NCBI GenBank assembly: GCA_051362555.1
Contig: CM120641.1
Coordinates: 37,516,401 to 37,580,400 of the forward strand
DNA length: 64,000 nt
Origin: Lingula anatina
Taxonomy: Eukaryota > Animalia > Brachiopoda
Direction of reading: 5' to 3'
Below, piece by piece: positions 61,536 to 64,000 of this stretch. Position numbers and translations under genes: made by a program. Each line of letters begins with the position of its first letter. Positions within the stretch are counted from its first letter, which is position 1. Under the pieces are notes generated by a model. It searched no databases. It saw only the letters and a list, made by a program, of their open reading frames with translations, and was not told the DNA's origin.

Positions 61536-63013
61536 CTGTTTTATAAAATAAATAAATAACATTCTTGTGTAAAAAGGTCTGTAAATTGAAATGAAATCGA
61601 TGCCAGACCAGGCAAAAGAGAGACAACTATTTACATGTGGAAGAAAAGAAAAAATAAAAAAGTATGCTTAATATCGAAAGTTATGCAGACTTGGCCTTCA
61701 CTGCTAAATTCAATCAACTTTTTATTTATATAGTGCCCTGCCTAAAAATAAAAATAAACCTCTACTACCTTACAAAATGATTAAAACCTGGTCTGGTATT
61801 TTTTATTGATCCAGTAAGTAACATGCTGTTAATAACACAGGAAGACAGAGGTAAAAGTCAAGCATTTATACAATAAAGAAATATTAATATCCATGCTGCT
61901 AACAAGCTGCATAAAAGCAAGGCTAGACTTAAGTCTAGCTTCATTTGATTAAATGCACGGAGAACATGCAAGCAGCACATATTTAGCAATATTACAGTGT
62001 AAAATGCTGTTTATTTTCATTTTTTTTTCTAATCCAAAGTCCTAAAGTTTCATTCAAAAGTCCTGCAAAAATCTCTAACATTTCTAATTAGAACACATGC
62101 CCTTCATTTTTCAAAAAGTCGATTGGTTTGCCATTAACTCAACATTTTCTGTGCATTTCTTATCAAGTTATTTGAGTTTAAGAATTGGGATGAGCTCAAA
62201 TACATGGAATGGAGTGTCTAAATTTCTGAATCACACTATGCAACAATCAGGAATCAACCATTCATTCAATGGCCACAAAATAGCAAAACCTGGAAACAAG
62301 CTAAAATAAATCCTAAATACAGAACAATCCTCAAAAAATGATTTCTTTCTCTATTATATGCCAAATACATTCATTCTGCTGGTAGGTACTATGTATGAAT
62401 TTGGGAAAGTGCACTTTAAATTTTTTTGTTTCATCACCACAGTTTGGCATGCGCCTACCCCAATCATGACTAGGAATACTCCATCCACCTGTAACGGTTA
62501 TTATAGTAGATATATATTAATGGGTGGATTATTATTTCATATTAAGGGCAACAGAATATAAATATATGCAAATATCCCACTTTGTCCTGTTATAGAAAAA
62601 AGCATTGATGTTCACACAAAAAGCAGAATTTCCAGTCACATCTTTTCTCTCATTAATTTACTGGTTGTCAGCTACTAAGATTGTAAATCTTGATTCAGAT
62701 GAAAAAATTAAACACATTCTGCAACAAGCCACCTCCGGAATTTGGGAAAAAATTATATTAATGTAACTATAAAAAATATGTACATATCCTGTCCTGTTAT
62801 TTCATTAAGCTTTAATTTTTACTGAGAAAGACAATGAAAACACCAACTCCCATTTTCAAATTAATGTACCCATTCATAAAATGTTGACAGATATGAAGTA
62901 ATATTATAGGACCTTTATTCTGAACTAACTGGAAAACATTCATTCTTTATTTTTATTAATATGATCTGAAGTTCATAATAGTGTGAAAATGTGATTTTAT
63001 CCCCTCCCTCCAC

Positions 63014-63044
<31 letters not shown>

Positions 63045-63461
63045 AACTGACAGGAAATAAATATGATATCAATAAAAGTAAATAAAGATAAAAACCACAA
63101 ATAACAGTTTCTCCTACAACCCAACCTTAATAAACATTTCCCATAAAATAGAAAAGAATATTATCCAGTTTCTTTTGTCAGTGATAAAAGTGCTAGTTGA
63201 ATAAATGATTTAACTGAAAACTGTTTTGCAAGACAATGAAACACAATTTTTATCTACAGTACCATCCAAATAAAGGTTTGTATATATATTTTCAAAAGGT
63301 GAAAGAATGACCCTTAAAAACCATAAAAATTCACACCTTCAAATTTCAGATAATTATTATATTAATGCACTAAATAAGGCAGGTTTGTTCTACATAAGCA
63401 ACATAATAAAACATATGCAGAAGAACTCACAAAAAAGTAGAAAACGTTAGTGGTGATATAC

Positions 63462-63485
63462 CTTTTGACTTTTCATTAGTTTTAT
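63462..63485 (-). CDS. GFPT: Candidate 24-nt GFAT microexon, (D)KTNEKSK
   Basis: tttcccctcttgtgttgctggtag|ATAAAACTAATGAAAAGTCAAAAG|gtatat. Phase 1-1, matching the downstream exon, no stop codon. Confidence 0.5.
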
Positions 63486-64000
63486 CTACCAGCAACACAA
63501 GAGGGGAAATAGATGGAAAACAAGAAATAATTCAGGTTAACAAACAAAGAAACAGCATACGATGAGCATGCTTATAAATGAGAACTAAGTTAACTTTTAA
63601 AGAGAAACAATCTTTAAATCAGACAAGGACTGCTGAGCTTTTTACACTAAAAATAGAATAACTACAACATGCACGACTACTTATTAAAAAGACGAAGCAA
63701 AACATTATGTGTTCAAATAATGCTTATAATAATAAATTTGAATACAAAATATAACAATATTCTAAATATATAATCATATCAACAGGCATGAGAATTTTTA
63801 AACAGAATTATATTTAAAAACTTCTACCCTTCACCATATAAATATAGATAGAAACAATAAATATTTTGCAACGTGAGAATAAGATTGACTTCTAAACTAG
63901 GTAAAATGAGAGACTAATATAAATATTATGCAAAATTGACAAAATCACCATATCCCCATTCATATTTTGCCATTCAGGAATGACATGCGTTAAGTATTCA

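Noticed and set aside
61788-61825. 38-nt exon-like segment in the GFAT intron
   Set aside because: In-frame stop, not a multiple of three, and a weak GTTTTA donor.

Overview
AT-rich, intron-dense invertebrate animal DNA, probably a lophotrochozoan such as a mollusc (an impression from protein similarity, not proven). Five protein-coding genes: mitochondrial FAD glycerol-3-phosphate dehydrogenase GPD2 (+), splicing factor SF3A1 (-, first intron U12-type), a divergent intron-rich actin with a TATA/CArG promoter (-), the thioester protein CPAMD8 (+), and the 3' part of glutamine:fructose-6-phosphate amidotransferase GFAT/GFPT (-, start lies beyond the window). The most striking feature is a layered alternative-splicing system in GFAT. 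It has three tandem 162-nt paralogous exons that look mutually exclusive, long-range complementary intron elements resembling docking/selector sites, and nine intronic UGCAUG motifs. A 5' splice site overlapping the stop codon could add 46 aa after the conserved SVTVE C-terminus, and a candidate 24-nt microexon sits where vertebrates have a muscle-specific exon. GPD2 has an unusually long intron with a candidate microexon and a ~250-nt hairpin. Several MITEs and simple repeats are also present. Exon coordinates were read by eye and need RNA-seq confirmation.
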